Assembly: GCA_965207805.1 (NCBI GenBank)
Contig: OZ242312.1
Location: forward strand, 2,233,204 to 2,297,203
Direction of reading: 5' to 3'
From: Gemmatimonadota bacterium
GTDB taxonomy: Bacteria; Gemmatimonadota; Gemmatimonadetes; Palauibacterales; Palauibacteraceae
Length of the DNA stretch: 64,000 nucleotides
Within the stretch, counting starts at the first letter, position 1; every line of letters starts with the position of its first letter. Below are positions 55,997-64,000 of the stretch, in pieces. The notes beneath the pieces were generated by a model. That model was not told the DNA's origin. It searched no databases and saw only the letters and a program-made list of their open reading frames with translations. The translations under genes were made by a program, and so were the position numbers.

Positions 55997-57328
55997 TCAG
56001 CGGGGAGGCGGAGGATCCCGGCGCGGGGGCGGCTCTTCAGGCGGCTCGCCCCGCCCGGATCTTCGTTCCGTGACGAGGAGGCGGACGCCGGAAATGGCGC
56101 CGTCCATCAGAGAGTCGATCGCCGCCCGCAGTTCTTCCCCGCGCAGGTTTGCCAGCTGCTCCCGCACGTCCTCGGGGAGCCGCCGGATGAGCTGTGCGTG
56201 GCCGCGCTCCCGCCATTCGCGGCGGCGTGGTTCGGCCTCGGTGCGCTCGGCATCCGGCGATACCGCCTCTCCCTCCCCGAACGCGCCGACCGCCGTGAGG
56301 AACGGGAGCGCGAACGCGCTGTCGAGGGTCGCGGCTCGCTCGTAGTGCGCCTCGGCCTCTTCCGGGTTGCCGGCGCGGTGCAGCGCGTTGCCTCGGTGAA
56401 AGGCGGCCAGGGCCTCCAGGTTCCGCGTGCCGAGGTGGCTGATGCGAACGACCTCGCCCGGCGGTGGCGTGCCTGAGAGGTTGGCCGCGAGCCGCACGGT
56501 CAGCGTGTCCACGAGTTCGAACACATCGGCGCCCCGGGCGAAGTCCGCCGACGCGATGGTCCCGTTCTCGAGTTCGATCAACTGTGCGTCGATGCGCATG
56601 TCCTCCGGCGACCCCGTTACGCTGCCCCAAAGCAGCATGCGGGCGCCGCTTCCGCGCGCCACGGTCAGCGCCAGCGCCTCCGGGATTTCCTCCTCCTCGG
56701 AGACCCCGCCCTCCATGAGGAGGTCGTAGAGGCTCTGTCGGCCGACAACACGCAGACCGGGGAGTTGCGCCAGGTTCGTCGTGAGCAGGTCGGCGAGACC
56801 CGAGCCGAGCCATTCCAGTTCCGGATCGGGCACGTTGTTCCGGAAGGGCAGGACCGCGAGCGAGTTCGGGCCCAGGTCGGGAACCAAACCCGCGAAACTC
56901 AGCGCCTCGCCGCCGACATCCGCCCCGTCCGCGGCCGCGGCGGGCGCCGCTGTCTCCACGCTTCCGGCCTGCGCCGGTACTGCGGTCGCGATCCGATAGG
57001 TGCCGATCGCGCCCAGGGAGGCCAGCGTGAGCAGGAGCCAGGCTTCCGCACGGCGAATCCGCTGGGGGCCGCGTTCACCGTGAAACCAGCCGATGACGAG
57101 AAATGCGGGGAATCCGAGGATGGCGAGGAAGACGACCGTGTCGAGGATCTTCCTCGAGAATGCGTAGGTCCCGACGATGAAGTCGGTGATCTCCACGCCG
57201 AGCCAGGCCGCGCCCACGTACACGAGCGCGATCTGCACCATGCGCCGCTTCCGGATCTTCTCCAGGATCGACGCGCCGTTCCCCTCGCTGTTCATCATCT
57301 TCCGCCCGTCCCGATCTCCGGAGCCCAC
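55997..57328 (-). CDS. membrane-anchored TolB-N-like/TPR protein (CadC-like architecture without DNA-binding domain)
   Basis: KIRKRRMVQIALVYVGAAWLGVEITDF juxtamembrane/TM segment, then TolB_N-like region SLAVLPFRNN...LADLLTTNLAQLPGLRVVGRQS, TPR-like helices, and a Pro/Arg/Glu-rich tail. Start could be Met11/12. Confidence 0.55.
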   Translation of the reverse strand: MGSGDRDGRKMMNSEGNGASILEKIRKRRMVQIALVYVGAAWLGVEITDFIVGTYAFSRKILDTVVFLAILGFPAFLVIGWFHGERGPQRIRRAEAWLLLTLASLGAIGTYRIATAVPAQAGSVETAAPAAAADGADVGGEALSFAGLVPDLGPNSLAVLPFRNNVPDPELEWLGSGLADLLTTNLAQLPGLRVVGRQSLYDLLMEGGVSEEEEIPEALALTVARGSGARMLLWGSVTGSPEDMRIDAQLIELENGTIASADFARGADVFELVDTLTVRLAANLSGTPPPGEVVRISHLGTRNLEALAAFHRGNALHRAGNPEEAEAHYERAATLDSAFALPFLTAVGAFGEGEAVSPDAERTEAEPRRREWRERGHAQLIRRLPEDVREQLANLRGEELRAAIDSLMDGAISGVRLLVTERRSGRGEPPEEPPPRRDPPPPR

Positions 57329-57367
57329 GCTCGTCCCCGCTGAAGGCTATCGAGCCATGCGACACCG

Positions 57368-57395
57368 CCGGAGCGGCGAACGTTTGCCGCTCCGG
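57368..57395. repeat. perfect 10-bp hairpin CCGGAGCGGC-N8-GCCGCTCCGG between BNR gene and downstream gene
   Basis: Intergenic, no U-tract. Coordinates are approximate. Confidence 0.45.
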
Positions 57396-57418
57396 CGGGC
57401 CACGGGAGCCACGGACTG

Positions 57419-60400
57419 CTAGCGGTCGTTATCTCGATCGGGCTCATCCCAGAACCCGAAGCCTTCCTTTCGCACAACCTCCAGCGGGATCGTATGGGTT
57501 TCGTCGCCAATCGTGATCGCCACCGTGTAGGTGCCGGGATCGGCCAGGCCCCCCCGGCCGCCGCCGAAGAACCGGCGGAAAACCGACATGCCGCCCCGCT
57601 CCCGGATGGCCTCGCCCACCTGCTGGAAGACCTCGCGCATGGCCGCCGGGTCGGCGCCGCTCTGGGCGGCCGCGGCGGCAGCCATGGCCGCGGTGCGGCC
57701 TCCTCCCCGGCCTCCGCCCTGCCCCGCCCGGCCGGGCGGCGGATAGCGCTCGGCCGGCCGCTCCTGCCAGCTGGCGCCCGCGCCGCCTCCACCGCCCCCG
57801 CCACCGGTGAACATGCGGATGATGGCGCCCTGGTTACCGCCCTGCATCATTTCGAGCACCTGGTCCATCGTCTCCCGCGCGATCCCTTCGTGCTCGACCA
57901 GCGAGTCCCCCACCGTCTGGTAGAGCCGCGCCGTGCGAAGGCTGTCCAGCCGATCCGCGGGTGACGGCTCCTGTGGCGCGCTCCGCCGGTTGAACGTCCA
58001 CCGCACGCGCTGCACCCCGGCCGAGGCCGAGCCGTTCAGCGTCTGCACCGTGTCGCCCGCCGCGTTCAGGATCGCGATGGAGGCCTGGGGGCGGTTGCCG
58101 CCTCGCGCGGCCACCATGCCCGCCATGCCCGCGGGCATCGCAAAGGCAGGGGCCGCCGCCGCGCCCGCAGCCTCCTCTTCGGCCTCCTCCTCGGTCTCTT
58201 CAGCCTCTTCCTCGGCCTCTTCTTCAGCCTCTTCCTCGGCGGCCTCGGCGAGCGCTTCCGCAACATCCTCCGGGACGTAGTAGGAGATCTCGGCCCCGTA
58301 GCGGCCGGCATCGCCCTGGAAGGTGCTCTGCGCGATGAACTCGCCGCCCACCGGCGCGTCCCCGAACTGGATCGCCGTCTTCGGCTGGAACACCGTCACC
58401 GCCTCCGGCAGGCGCCCGCCGTCGAGTTGCTGCAGGAGCGAGATGTCCGCCACGAAGATGGAGCGCCCGTGCGTTCCCGCGATGATCTCGCTCTCGCGCG
58501 GATGGATCTTCAGATCGTGTACGGGCACCGTGGGCAAGCCGTTCATGAAGCGCGACCACGAGCCGCCCCGGTCGGTGGACACGTAGGCCCCCACGTCCGT
58601 CCCCACGAAGAGGAGATCCGGGTTCACCGGGTCTTCCCGGACCACGTGCACGAAGTCCGGCGCCCCGGTCGGAAGGTTCGACGAGATCGAGCGGAAGGTC
58701 TCCCCGGCGTCATCCGTCACGTAGACGTACGGCGCGTAGTCGTCACGCCGGTGGTTGTCGAACGTCACGTAGAAGCGGTTCGGGTCATGGCTCGAGGGCT
58801 CGATCCGGCTCACGTACGTCCCCTCCGGAACGCCGTCGAAGCGATCCGTGAGTTCGATCCACTCCGCGCCCTCGGGCGTCCGCCACACGCGGCCGTCGTC
58901 CGTCCCCGCGTAGAGTTCGCCTTCGTTGAGCTTCGACTCGGCGAGCGAGACGATCGTGGCGAAGTTCTCCGCGCCCGTGACGTCCGGCGTGATGCCGCCC
59001 GTCGTGTTGTACGCGATCTCGATCTTCTCCGGATCGGCGTAGGTGAGGTCGTCCGAGATCGGCGTCATCTCATCCGTGTCGTAGGTCCACTTCAGGACCC
59101 GGTTCGCCCCGATGTACAACGTCTGCGGGTCGTGGGGCGACAGTTCGAGCGGCGTGTTCCAGTTGAACCGCATGTCGAATAATGCAGAGTCCCGCGCGAC
59201 GAGGGCCTGCAACTCGTCGATCTGCGCCACGTTGCCGGCCGGGGGATTGTCGGGGTCGTCGCCCGTCAGGATCGCGATCGAGTCGCGCAGCGTCTGCGTG
59301 CGCTCGCGCCAGTCCGGGTGCTGAAGCTGGTGGCGCTCGCCCGTGCGCGTGTTCCGCCAGTAGATCCGCCCCTGCTGCGATTCCCCGAACACGATGTCCG
59401 GGTTCGTCGGATCCTGCGGCGCGTAGAAGCCGTCGCCGCCCCCGATCGAATACCACATGTGATTGTCGATGGAGCCGCCGGCGCGGGCGCTCGGCCCGCA
59501 CCACGTATAGTTGTCCTGCAGTCCGCCGCACACGCGATAGGGCGTGTCCATGTTGTAGCTGACCGCATAGAACTGTCCCATCGGGATACGGTTGGGGAAC
59601 TCGAAGTTGCCGCCCCGGTCCCATGTGATCGCGATCCCGCCGTCGTTGCCCAGTATGAAGTGGTCCGGATTGATCGGATTCCACCACAGTGCGTGATAGT
59701 CGACGTGCACGCCCTGGGCCGGGTTCCCCACCGTGCGGCCCCCGTCCCGGGAGAAGAAGAGGGAAGACCAGTAGATGAAGTCCGGATCGTCCGGCGACAC
59801 CCAGACGCCCGAATAGTAGAAGGGCCGCGAGTTGTTCGAGTTCATGAACTCCCACGTCGCGCCGCCGTCGGCGGAGCGGTACAGGCCGGAGGCGTGACGG
59901 TCCCCGTTCTCATCCGCCTCCTCCGGGGCCTCCGCCTCGACCATCGCGTACATCACCTGCGGGTAGCTCGGGGCGATGACGATCTCGAGCCGCCCCAGCA
60001 TGGTCTCCGGCAGGCCGTTGCCCTCCACCTTCTCCCATGTGTCGCCGGCGTCGGTGGACTTCCAGATCGCGCTCCCCGGGCCGCCGCTGTTGAAGAAGTA
60101 CGGACCGCGCACGCGCTCCCAGCTCGTAGCCCACAGGATGTCCGGATTCTGCGGATGCATGTCGACGTCCACGAAGCCCGCCTTGTCGGAGACGAAGTTC
60201 ACGCGCTCCCACGTGTCGCCGCCGTCCGTCGTGCGGTAGAGCCCGCGCTCTTCGTTGTCTCCCCACGGGTGGCCGAGCGCGGCGACGTACACCCAGTCGG
60301 CCTTCGTCGGGTGGACGACGATGCGGCCGATCGCCTGCGTGTCCTCGAGCCCCTTCAGCTCCCAGGTGAGCCCGCCGTCGACGGACTTGTAGATGCCGCC

Positions 60401-60763
60401 TCCGGGCGAGATCGAGTTGCGCGAGTCTTCCTCGCCGGTCCCGGCCCACACGATGTCCGGGTTGCTCGGCGCGATCGCGAGGTCGCCCATCGAGACGACG
60501 CGCTCGTTGTCGAAGACGGGCCGGAAGGTCGTCCCGTTGTTCGTCGTCTTCCAGATGCCGCTCGACGCACCCGCGATGAAGAAGGTCGCGGTGCCGGGAA
60601 TGCCTTCGATGTCCGTGACGCGCCCGGCCATGTTCGCCGGGCCGATGGAACGCCATTCCATCTCGGCCATGAAGTCTTCATCGGCGACGGCCTCCTGCGC
60701 GGCCGCCGGGGCCGGGAGGACGGTGGTCGCGAAGAGGACGGGGAGAAACGCACGCTTCAGCAT
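57419..60763 (-). CDS. secreted BNR/Asp-box repeat (sortilin/Vps10-like) glycosyl-hydrolase-family protein, 1114 aa
   Basis: Signal peptide MLKRAFLPVLFATTVLPAPAAAQEA. Multiple SxDxGxTW BNR repeats (KSVDGGLTW, RTTDGGDTW, KSTDAGDTW, RSADGGATW, STDRGGSW). C-terminal low-complexity AEEEAEEEAEEEAEETEEEAEEEA and G8 runs. AGGAG SD upstream. Confidence 0.8.
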   Translation of the reverse strand: MLKRAFLPVLFATTVLPAPAAAQEAVADEDFMAEMEWRSIGPANMAGRVTDIEGIPGTATFFIAGASSGIWKTTNNGTTFRPVFDNERVVSMGDLAIAPSNPDIVWAGTGEEDSRNSISPGGGIYKSVDGGLTWELKGLEDTQAIGRIVVHPTKADWVYVAALGHPWGDNEERGLYRTTDGGDTWERVNFVSDKAGFVDVDMHPQNPDILWATSWERVRGPYFFNSGGPGSAIWKSTDAGDTWEKVEGNGLPETMLGRLEIVIAPSYPQVMYAMVEAEAPEEADENGDRHASGLYRSADGGATWEFMNSNNSRPFYYSGVWVSPDDPDFIYWSSLFFSRDGGRTVGNPAQGVHVDYHALWWNPINPDHFILGNDGGIAITWDRGGNFEFPNRIPMGQFYAVSYNMDTPYRVCGGLQDNYTWCGPSARAGGSIDNHMWYSIGGGDGFYAPQDPTNPDIVFGESQQGRIYWRNTRTGERHQLQHPDWRERTQTLRDSIAILTGDDPDNPPAGNVAQIDELQALVARDSALFDMRFNWNTPLELSPHDPQTLYIGANRVLKWTYDTDEMTPISDDLTYADPEKIEIAYNTTGGITPDVTGAENFATIVSLAESKLNEGELYAGTDDGRVWRTPEGAEWIELTDRFDGVPEGTYVSRIEPSSHDPNRFYVTFDNHRRDDYAPYVYVTDDAGETFRSISSNLPTGAPDFVHVVREDPVNPDLLFVGTDVGAYVSTDRGGSWSRFMNGLPTVPVHDLKIHPRESEIIAGTHGRSIFVADISLLQQLDGGRLPEAVTVFQPKTAIQFGDAPVGGEFIAQSTFQGDAGRYGAEISYYVPEDVAEALAEAAEEEAEEEAEEEAEETEEEAEEEAAGAAAAPAFAMPAGMAGMVAARGGNRPQASIAILNAAGDTVQTLNGSASAGVQRVRWTFNRRSAPQEPSPADRLDSLRTARLYQTVGDSLVEHEGIARETMDQVLEMMQGGNQGAIIRMFTGGGGGGGGAGASWQERPAERYPPPGRAGQGGGRGGGRTAAMAAAAAAQSGADPAAMREVFQQVGEAIRERGGMSVFRRFFGGGRGGLADPGTYTVAITIGDETHTIPLEVVRKEGFGFWDEPDRDNDR

Positions 60764-60878
60764 GATTCGCGGCTCCTGACTGTGGTGGTGCTCGTGGGCG
60801 CAGTAGTGCCTTGTCGGCGCAAGTGAATAGACACCCGCGCGCGCTCCGGCGTTTGAGAAACGAGTCGACGCCCGCGCG

Positions 60879-61892
60879 TCAACGCCGACTCCCCGGCGTC
60901 GAACTGCAGGGTGGAGGGTCGTCTTCCTTCAGCGCGCGGATCCGCCGCACCAGCCGGTCGCGCCAGGCGCAGAGGGGTTCGGTGGCGGATGTTCCGTACA
61001 TCCCCTCCGTTTCGGCGTGGATCCCAGCGATCACGCGGTCCGAGAACTCGGGGTCCGCCTCCAACTCGCGCCACATCTCGCGGTACGCGTCGCCGTAGCG
61101 CCCGTAGTAGTCCCCCGCGCCGCCGTCCGCGTTCGTGTGGCCGGTGCCGAACGGCCCGAGCAGCGCCCAGCGCAGCCCCAGTCCTTCGCGGACCACCGTG
61201 TCGATCGCGTCCGCGGAGGCGGCGCCCGATCCGTACAGGAAGACGGCCTCGCGGATCAGGGCGGCCTGAAGCCGGTTGAGAAGGAAACCGGACAGGTAGC
61301 GGTTCATCTGCACGGGAGACTGACCCACGCTGTCGAGGAAAGAGAGCGCGGCGGTCAGCACTTCGCGGCGCGTGCCCTCCCCCGGAAGGACTTCCACGAC
61401 GGGGATGACGTGCGGCGGATTCACGGGGTGCGCGACGACGCAGCGACCCGAACCCGCGAGACCGGCCGCAATCCGCGACATGTCGTGAGCGGAAGTCGAA
61501 CTGGCCAGAATCGTGCCGGGACCCGCCACGGCGTCCAGTTCGGCGAAGATCCGCTGCTTGACCGCGAGCGTCTCCGGCCCGCTCTCCTGCACCCATCCGG
61601 CGCCCGACAGCGCCTCGTGCACCGTGTCGCAGCGGATCGCCCGCTCTTCCCCGGCGGCCCCGGAATCGATGAATCCGAGGGCCTCGTCCTCGTTCGCGGA
61701 GTTCCGCGCCCAATCGAGTGCGCGCGCCAACTGCTCCGGGTCGGGGTCGAAGACGCGCGTCTCGCAACCGGCCCGGGCGAATACGCGGATCCAGCTCCGG
61801 CCGATGACGCCGGCCCCGACTACGGCAACAGTTCGAATCGTGGGCTGGGTCACGGGCCTGACATCGTCGGCGAAACGAGGGCGAAGGGTCAT
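60879..61892 (-). CDS. 3-hydroxyacyl-CoA dehydrogenase family protein (NAD-binding)
   Basis: Rossmann motif VAVVGAGVIGRSW and a 3HCDH C-terminal domain. The ATG is inferred at Met129 of the longer ORF; the upstream part is a Ser/Arg-rich artefact. Confidence 0.75.
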   Translation of the reverse strand: MTLRPRFADDVRPVTQPTIRTVAVVGAGVIGRSWIRVFARAGCETRVFDPDPEQLARALDWARNSANEDEALGFIDSGAAGEERAIRCDTVHEALSGAGWVQESGPETLAVKQRIFAELDAVAGPGTILASSTSAHDMSRIAAGLAGSGRCVVAHPVNPPHVIPVVEVLPGEGTRREVLTAALSFLDSVGQSPVQMNRYLSGFLLNRLQAALIREAVFLYGSGAASADAIDTVVREGLGLRWALLGPFGTGHTNADGGAGDYYGRYGDAYREMWRELEADPEFSDRVIAGIHAETEGMYGTSATEPLCAWRDRLVRRIRALKEDDPPPCSSTPGSRR

Positions 61893-61975
61893 GCCGGAGG
61901 AGGGACTCGAACCCTCAAGGGATTGCTCCCACCGGATTTTGAGTCCGGCGCGTCTGCCAGTTCCGCCACTCCGGC
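61892..61975 (-). tRNA. tRNA-Leu (anticodon CAA)
   Basis: Reverse complement GCCGGAG-UG-GCGG-AACUGGCAGA-CGCG-CCGGA-CUCAAAA-UCCGG-[long variable arm UGGGAGCAAUCCCU]-GAGGG-UUCGAGU-CCCUC-CUCCGGC-A. This is a class II tRNA with the D-arm of tRNA-Leu and T-loop GGTTCGAGTCC. No encoded CCA. Confidence 0.8.
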
Positions 61976-62019
61976 TCGCGAGCGCGGCCCTCAGATCTAC
62001 AACAGCGGGCCGCGCGCGA

Positions 62020-63294
62020 CTATTGCATCTCGTCGAGCGCCTGGTACACCAGCGTGCGCAGCTTCGCGTGGTCGTCCACGCCGCCCGTCGGGATGAGCTG
62101 CGTGAAGTAGACGACGACGAGATCCTCGGCGGGATCCACCCAGTACGTCGAGTGGTATGCCCCGCCCCACCCGTACTCGCCCACCGAGCCGGGAGTTCCG
62201 CGCGCTCCGAGATCGGCCAGCACGCTGAACCCGAGGCCGAAGCCGACGCCGCCGCCCCAGTTGAACCGGTCCCCAACGTGGTTGACGGTCATGAGGTCGA
62301 CGCTCTTGCTCGACAGAATGCGGGCGCCGTCGAGTTCGCCGCCGTTCAGCATCATCTGCAGGAAGCGGGCGTAGTCGTGCGCGGTGGAGAGGAGCCCCGC
62401 CCCGCCGGAGAAGCTCGTCCGCGGGCCATCGACGTATGCCCCCTGGCCGACCATGCCGCCCGGGTCGGGCGCGGGCGAGAGTCCGTCCTCGGAGGCCGAG
62501 TACACGACGCTCAGCCGATCACGCTTCTCCTCCGGGAGGTAGAAGTGCGTGTCCATCATACCCAGCGGCTCGAAGATCCGCGTGCGGAGGAAGTCGTCCA
62601 GCGGCTCGCCCGACACTTCCTCGACGAGGGCGCCGAGGATGTCCGTCGCGTAGCCGTACACGAAGCGCTCACCCGGCTGCGCGTCCATGGGGAGGGCGGC
62701 CATGCGCCGTACCGTCTCCCGGACCGGCTCGTCGCGGTGCGCAAAATACCAGCCCTGGATGTCGGCCTCCGCCCACAGGTCGGCCGCCGGACCGCCCCCG
62801 TAGCCGATCCCGGCGGTGTGCGTGAGCAGGTCCCGGATCGTGATCGGCCGGTTCGCGGGCACGATGTCGTATCCCCCCGCCCCGTCGGCGACCGCGACGG
62901 TCGTCTCCATGTACTCGGGCAGATAGCGGCCGAGCGGGTCGGAGATCAGGAGATCCCCTTCCTCCTGCAGGATCATGACGCCGACGCTCACGATCGCCTT
63001 CGTCTGCGAGGCGATGCGGAAGATGTCGTCCGTCTCCATGGGGTCGCCGGCTGCGACGTCCCGGTGGCCGACCGCCTCCAGGTAGGAGACCTCGCCCCCG
63101 CGCGCGACGAGGGCGACGGCGCCGGCCAGCTCCCCCTCCTCCACGTAGGAGTCCAGGGCGCCGCTGAGCCGCTCGAGGCGATCCGCGTCCGACTCGGCCG
63201 CCGTCGACCCCGGGACGCCCGCCACGGCAAGCGCCACGCCGACCACGAACACCGGGAGTACGCCCCACAGGAGGCGCTTGGGCATTCTGTTCAT
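62020..63294 (-). CDS. serine hydrolase, beta-lactamase/PBP4-like (class C fold)
   Basis: Signal peptide [26 protein letters not shown] and an S-x-x-K motif (RIASQTKAI). Start could be Met37. Confidence 0.8.
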   Translation of the reverse strand: MNRMPKRLLWGVLPVFVVGVALAVAGVPGSTAAESDADRLERLSGALDSYVEEGELAGAVALVARGGEVSYLEAVGHRDVAAGDPMETDDIFRIASQTKAIVSVGVMILQEEGDLLISDPLGRYLPEYMETTVAVADGAGGYDIVPANRPITIRDLLTHTAGIGYGGGPAADLWAEADIQGWYFAHRDEPVRETVRRMAALPMDAQPGERFVYGYATDILGALVEEVSGEPLDDFLRTRIFEPLGMMDTHFYLPEEKRDRLSVVYSASEDGLSPAPDPGGMVGQGAYVDGPRTSFSGGAGLLSTAHDYARFLQMMLNGGELDGARILSSKSVDLMTVNHVGDRFNWGGGVGFGLGFSVLADLGARGTPGSVGEYGWGGAYHSTYWVDPAEDLVVVYFTQLIPTGGVDDHAKLRTLVYQALDEMQ

Positions 63295-63331
63295 CCTTCG
63301 TCCTCTGTCTTCCATCTGTCGCGGTCCCCCG

Positions 63332-64000
63332 TCAATCGAGCGCGGGGTGCCGCGTGTGCCAGTCCGTCGCCGCCTGGAAGGCGTGCGCCACACTCAGGAT
63401 CTTGTCGTCGGCGAACAGATCGCCGATCAGGGTCGTCGTGAGCGGCTGATCCGCCTCCTCGCCCTCGGGCCCGAGCGGGCCGAAGCCGTACTGGACGACC
63501 GCCGCGGGGTGTCCCGTCTCGTTCGTGAGCCCCACCTCACCCGAGCCGGTGGCGAACATGTCGAAGCCCTCCATCGCCTCGGCCATGCGCTTCATCACGA
63601 TGAGGCGCCGCCGCTGCGCGTGCACGTAGTCCATCGCGAGGCCCTCTCGCCCCCGGCGAAACCGCGTGAAGTCGCGCTCCTGCGTCTCGCTGAGCCCTTC
63701 CGGCACCGGGGGCAGTTCTCCGCCCGGGGCCACGTGGAAGTCGAAGGCCGACGACGACTCGGCGCCCAGCGAACTCGCCGCCTGGGCGGGCAGCTCGCGC
63801 ATGAGCCGCGGCCGCGCACCGAGCTCCTCCAGTTTCTCGACGAAGGAGTGCGGCGCGTCTTCCGTGTACCCGATCGAGAGCGCGCCCAGGTCCGGATTCC
63901 GCTCGAAACGGAACGGCATCGTGATTGAGGCGGGGTCCTTCTCGTCCGCGCCGTGGATCTCGTTGAACACGAGCGCGCAGTCCTCGATCGTGCGGCACAT
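63332..64000 (-). CDS. amidase-signature-family enzyme, C-terminal fragment (gene continues past window end)
   Basis: C-terminal region ...[56 protein letters not shown] typical of AS amidases. The N-terminus lies outside the window. Confidence 0.65.
   Translation of the reverse strand: MCRTIEDCALVFNEIHGADEKDPASITMPFRFERNPDLGALSIGYTEDAPHSFVEKLEELGARPRLMRELPAQAASSLGAESSSAFDFHVAPGGELPPVPEGLSETQERDFTRFRRGREGLAMDYVHAQRRRLIVMKRMAEAMEGFDMFATGSGEVGLTNETGHPAAVVQYGFGPLGPEGEEADQPLTTTLIGDLFADDKILSVAHAFQAATDWHTRHPALD

Noticed and set aside
60879-62276. The 465-aa version of the 3-hydroxyacyl-CoA dehydrogenase ORF with a 128-aa Ser/Thr/Arg-rich N-terminus.
   Set aside because: The N-terminal extension overlaps the tRNA-Leu gene on the same strand and is compositionally artefactual. 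The Rossmann motif begins right after Met129, so the short form was called.
61892-64000. Possible integrated mobile element or genomic island next to the tRNA-Leu gene.
   Set aside because: No integrase, excisionase or transposase was found. There is no direct repeat of the tRNA 3' end and no GC-content discontinuity. The flanking genes (dehydrogenase, serine hydrolase, amidase) look like ordinary metabolic genes.
1-64000. CRISPR arrays or other short tandem repeat arrays.
   Set aside because: I saw no regularly spaced direct repeats of 24-48 nt. The only repeats are short GC-rich inverted repeats and codon-level low-complexity tracts, namely the GAG/GCC repeats encoding (EEEA)n at about 58190-58260 and GGC/GGT runs at about 57780-57810 inside the BNR gene.

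Overview
This is a high-GC (~68-70%), gene-dense chromosomal window, consistent with a Gemmatimonadota/Acidobacteria-like bacterium. Taxonomy is inferred only from composition and protein architectures. About 90% of genes are on the minus strand and it is almost entirely core/housekeeping DNA. I can support the following content. (1) A complete complex I operon nuoA-B-CD-E-F-G-H-I-J-K-L-M on the minus strand, with C/D fused and nuoN presumably beyond the window start. A Rex-type operator is predicted in its promoter. (2) A molybdopterin cluster: hyp-moaD-moaE-[40-aa leader-like ORF + two hairpins]-moaA-[81-aa coupled ORF]-DUF423-dcd. (3) An aminotransferase, HU, sppA, carA, rnhA and secG, followed by a gap-pgk-tpiA glycolytic operon. 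(4) A long co-directional housekeeping block: comF, aroE, LMW-PTP, tsaC, ispD, dnaB, family-4 UDG, coaBC, rpoZ, gmk and yicC. (5) A TonB-dependent-receptor-like outer membrane protein (OMP), pepA, citrate synthase, small hypotheticals, plsC, a divergent FAD oxidoreductase, ETF-QO, a DmpA-like peptidase and a cyclophilin lipoprotein. (6) A four-gene RND efflux locus (MFP-OMF-RND-RND, MdtBC-like tandem permeases) preceded by an unusually long, lower-GC, purine-rich leader. (7) A Tat-signal HisC-like aminotransferase, a membrane-anchored TolB_N/TPR protein, a 1114-aa secreted BNR/sortilin-like protein with acidic EA repeats and a 3-hydroxyacyl-CoA dehydrogenase. (8) A tRNA-Leu(CAA), a class-C-like serine hydrolase and a partial amidase. 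I found no CRISPR array, integrase/transposase or recognisable defence island. The large plus-strand ORFs antisense to these genes are high-GC artefacts. The most novel-looking elements are small unannotated ORFs and RNA structures around moaA, the secreted aminotransferase, and the regulatory leader of the efflux operon. CDS boundaries come from ORF-track frame arithmetic. Small regulatory elements were placed by eye and may be off by 1-2 nt.
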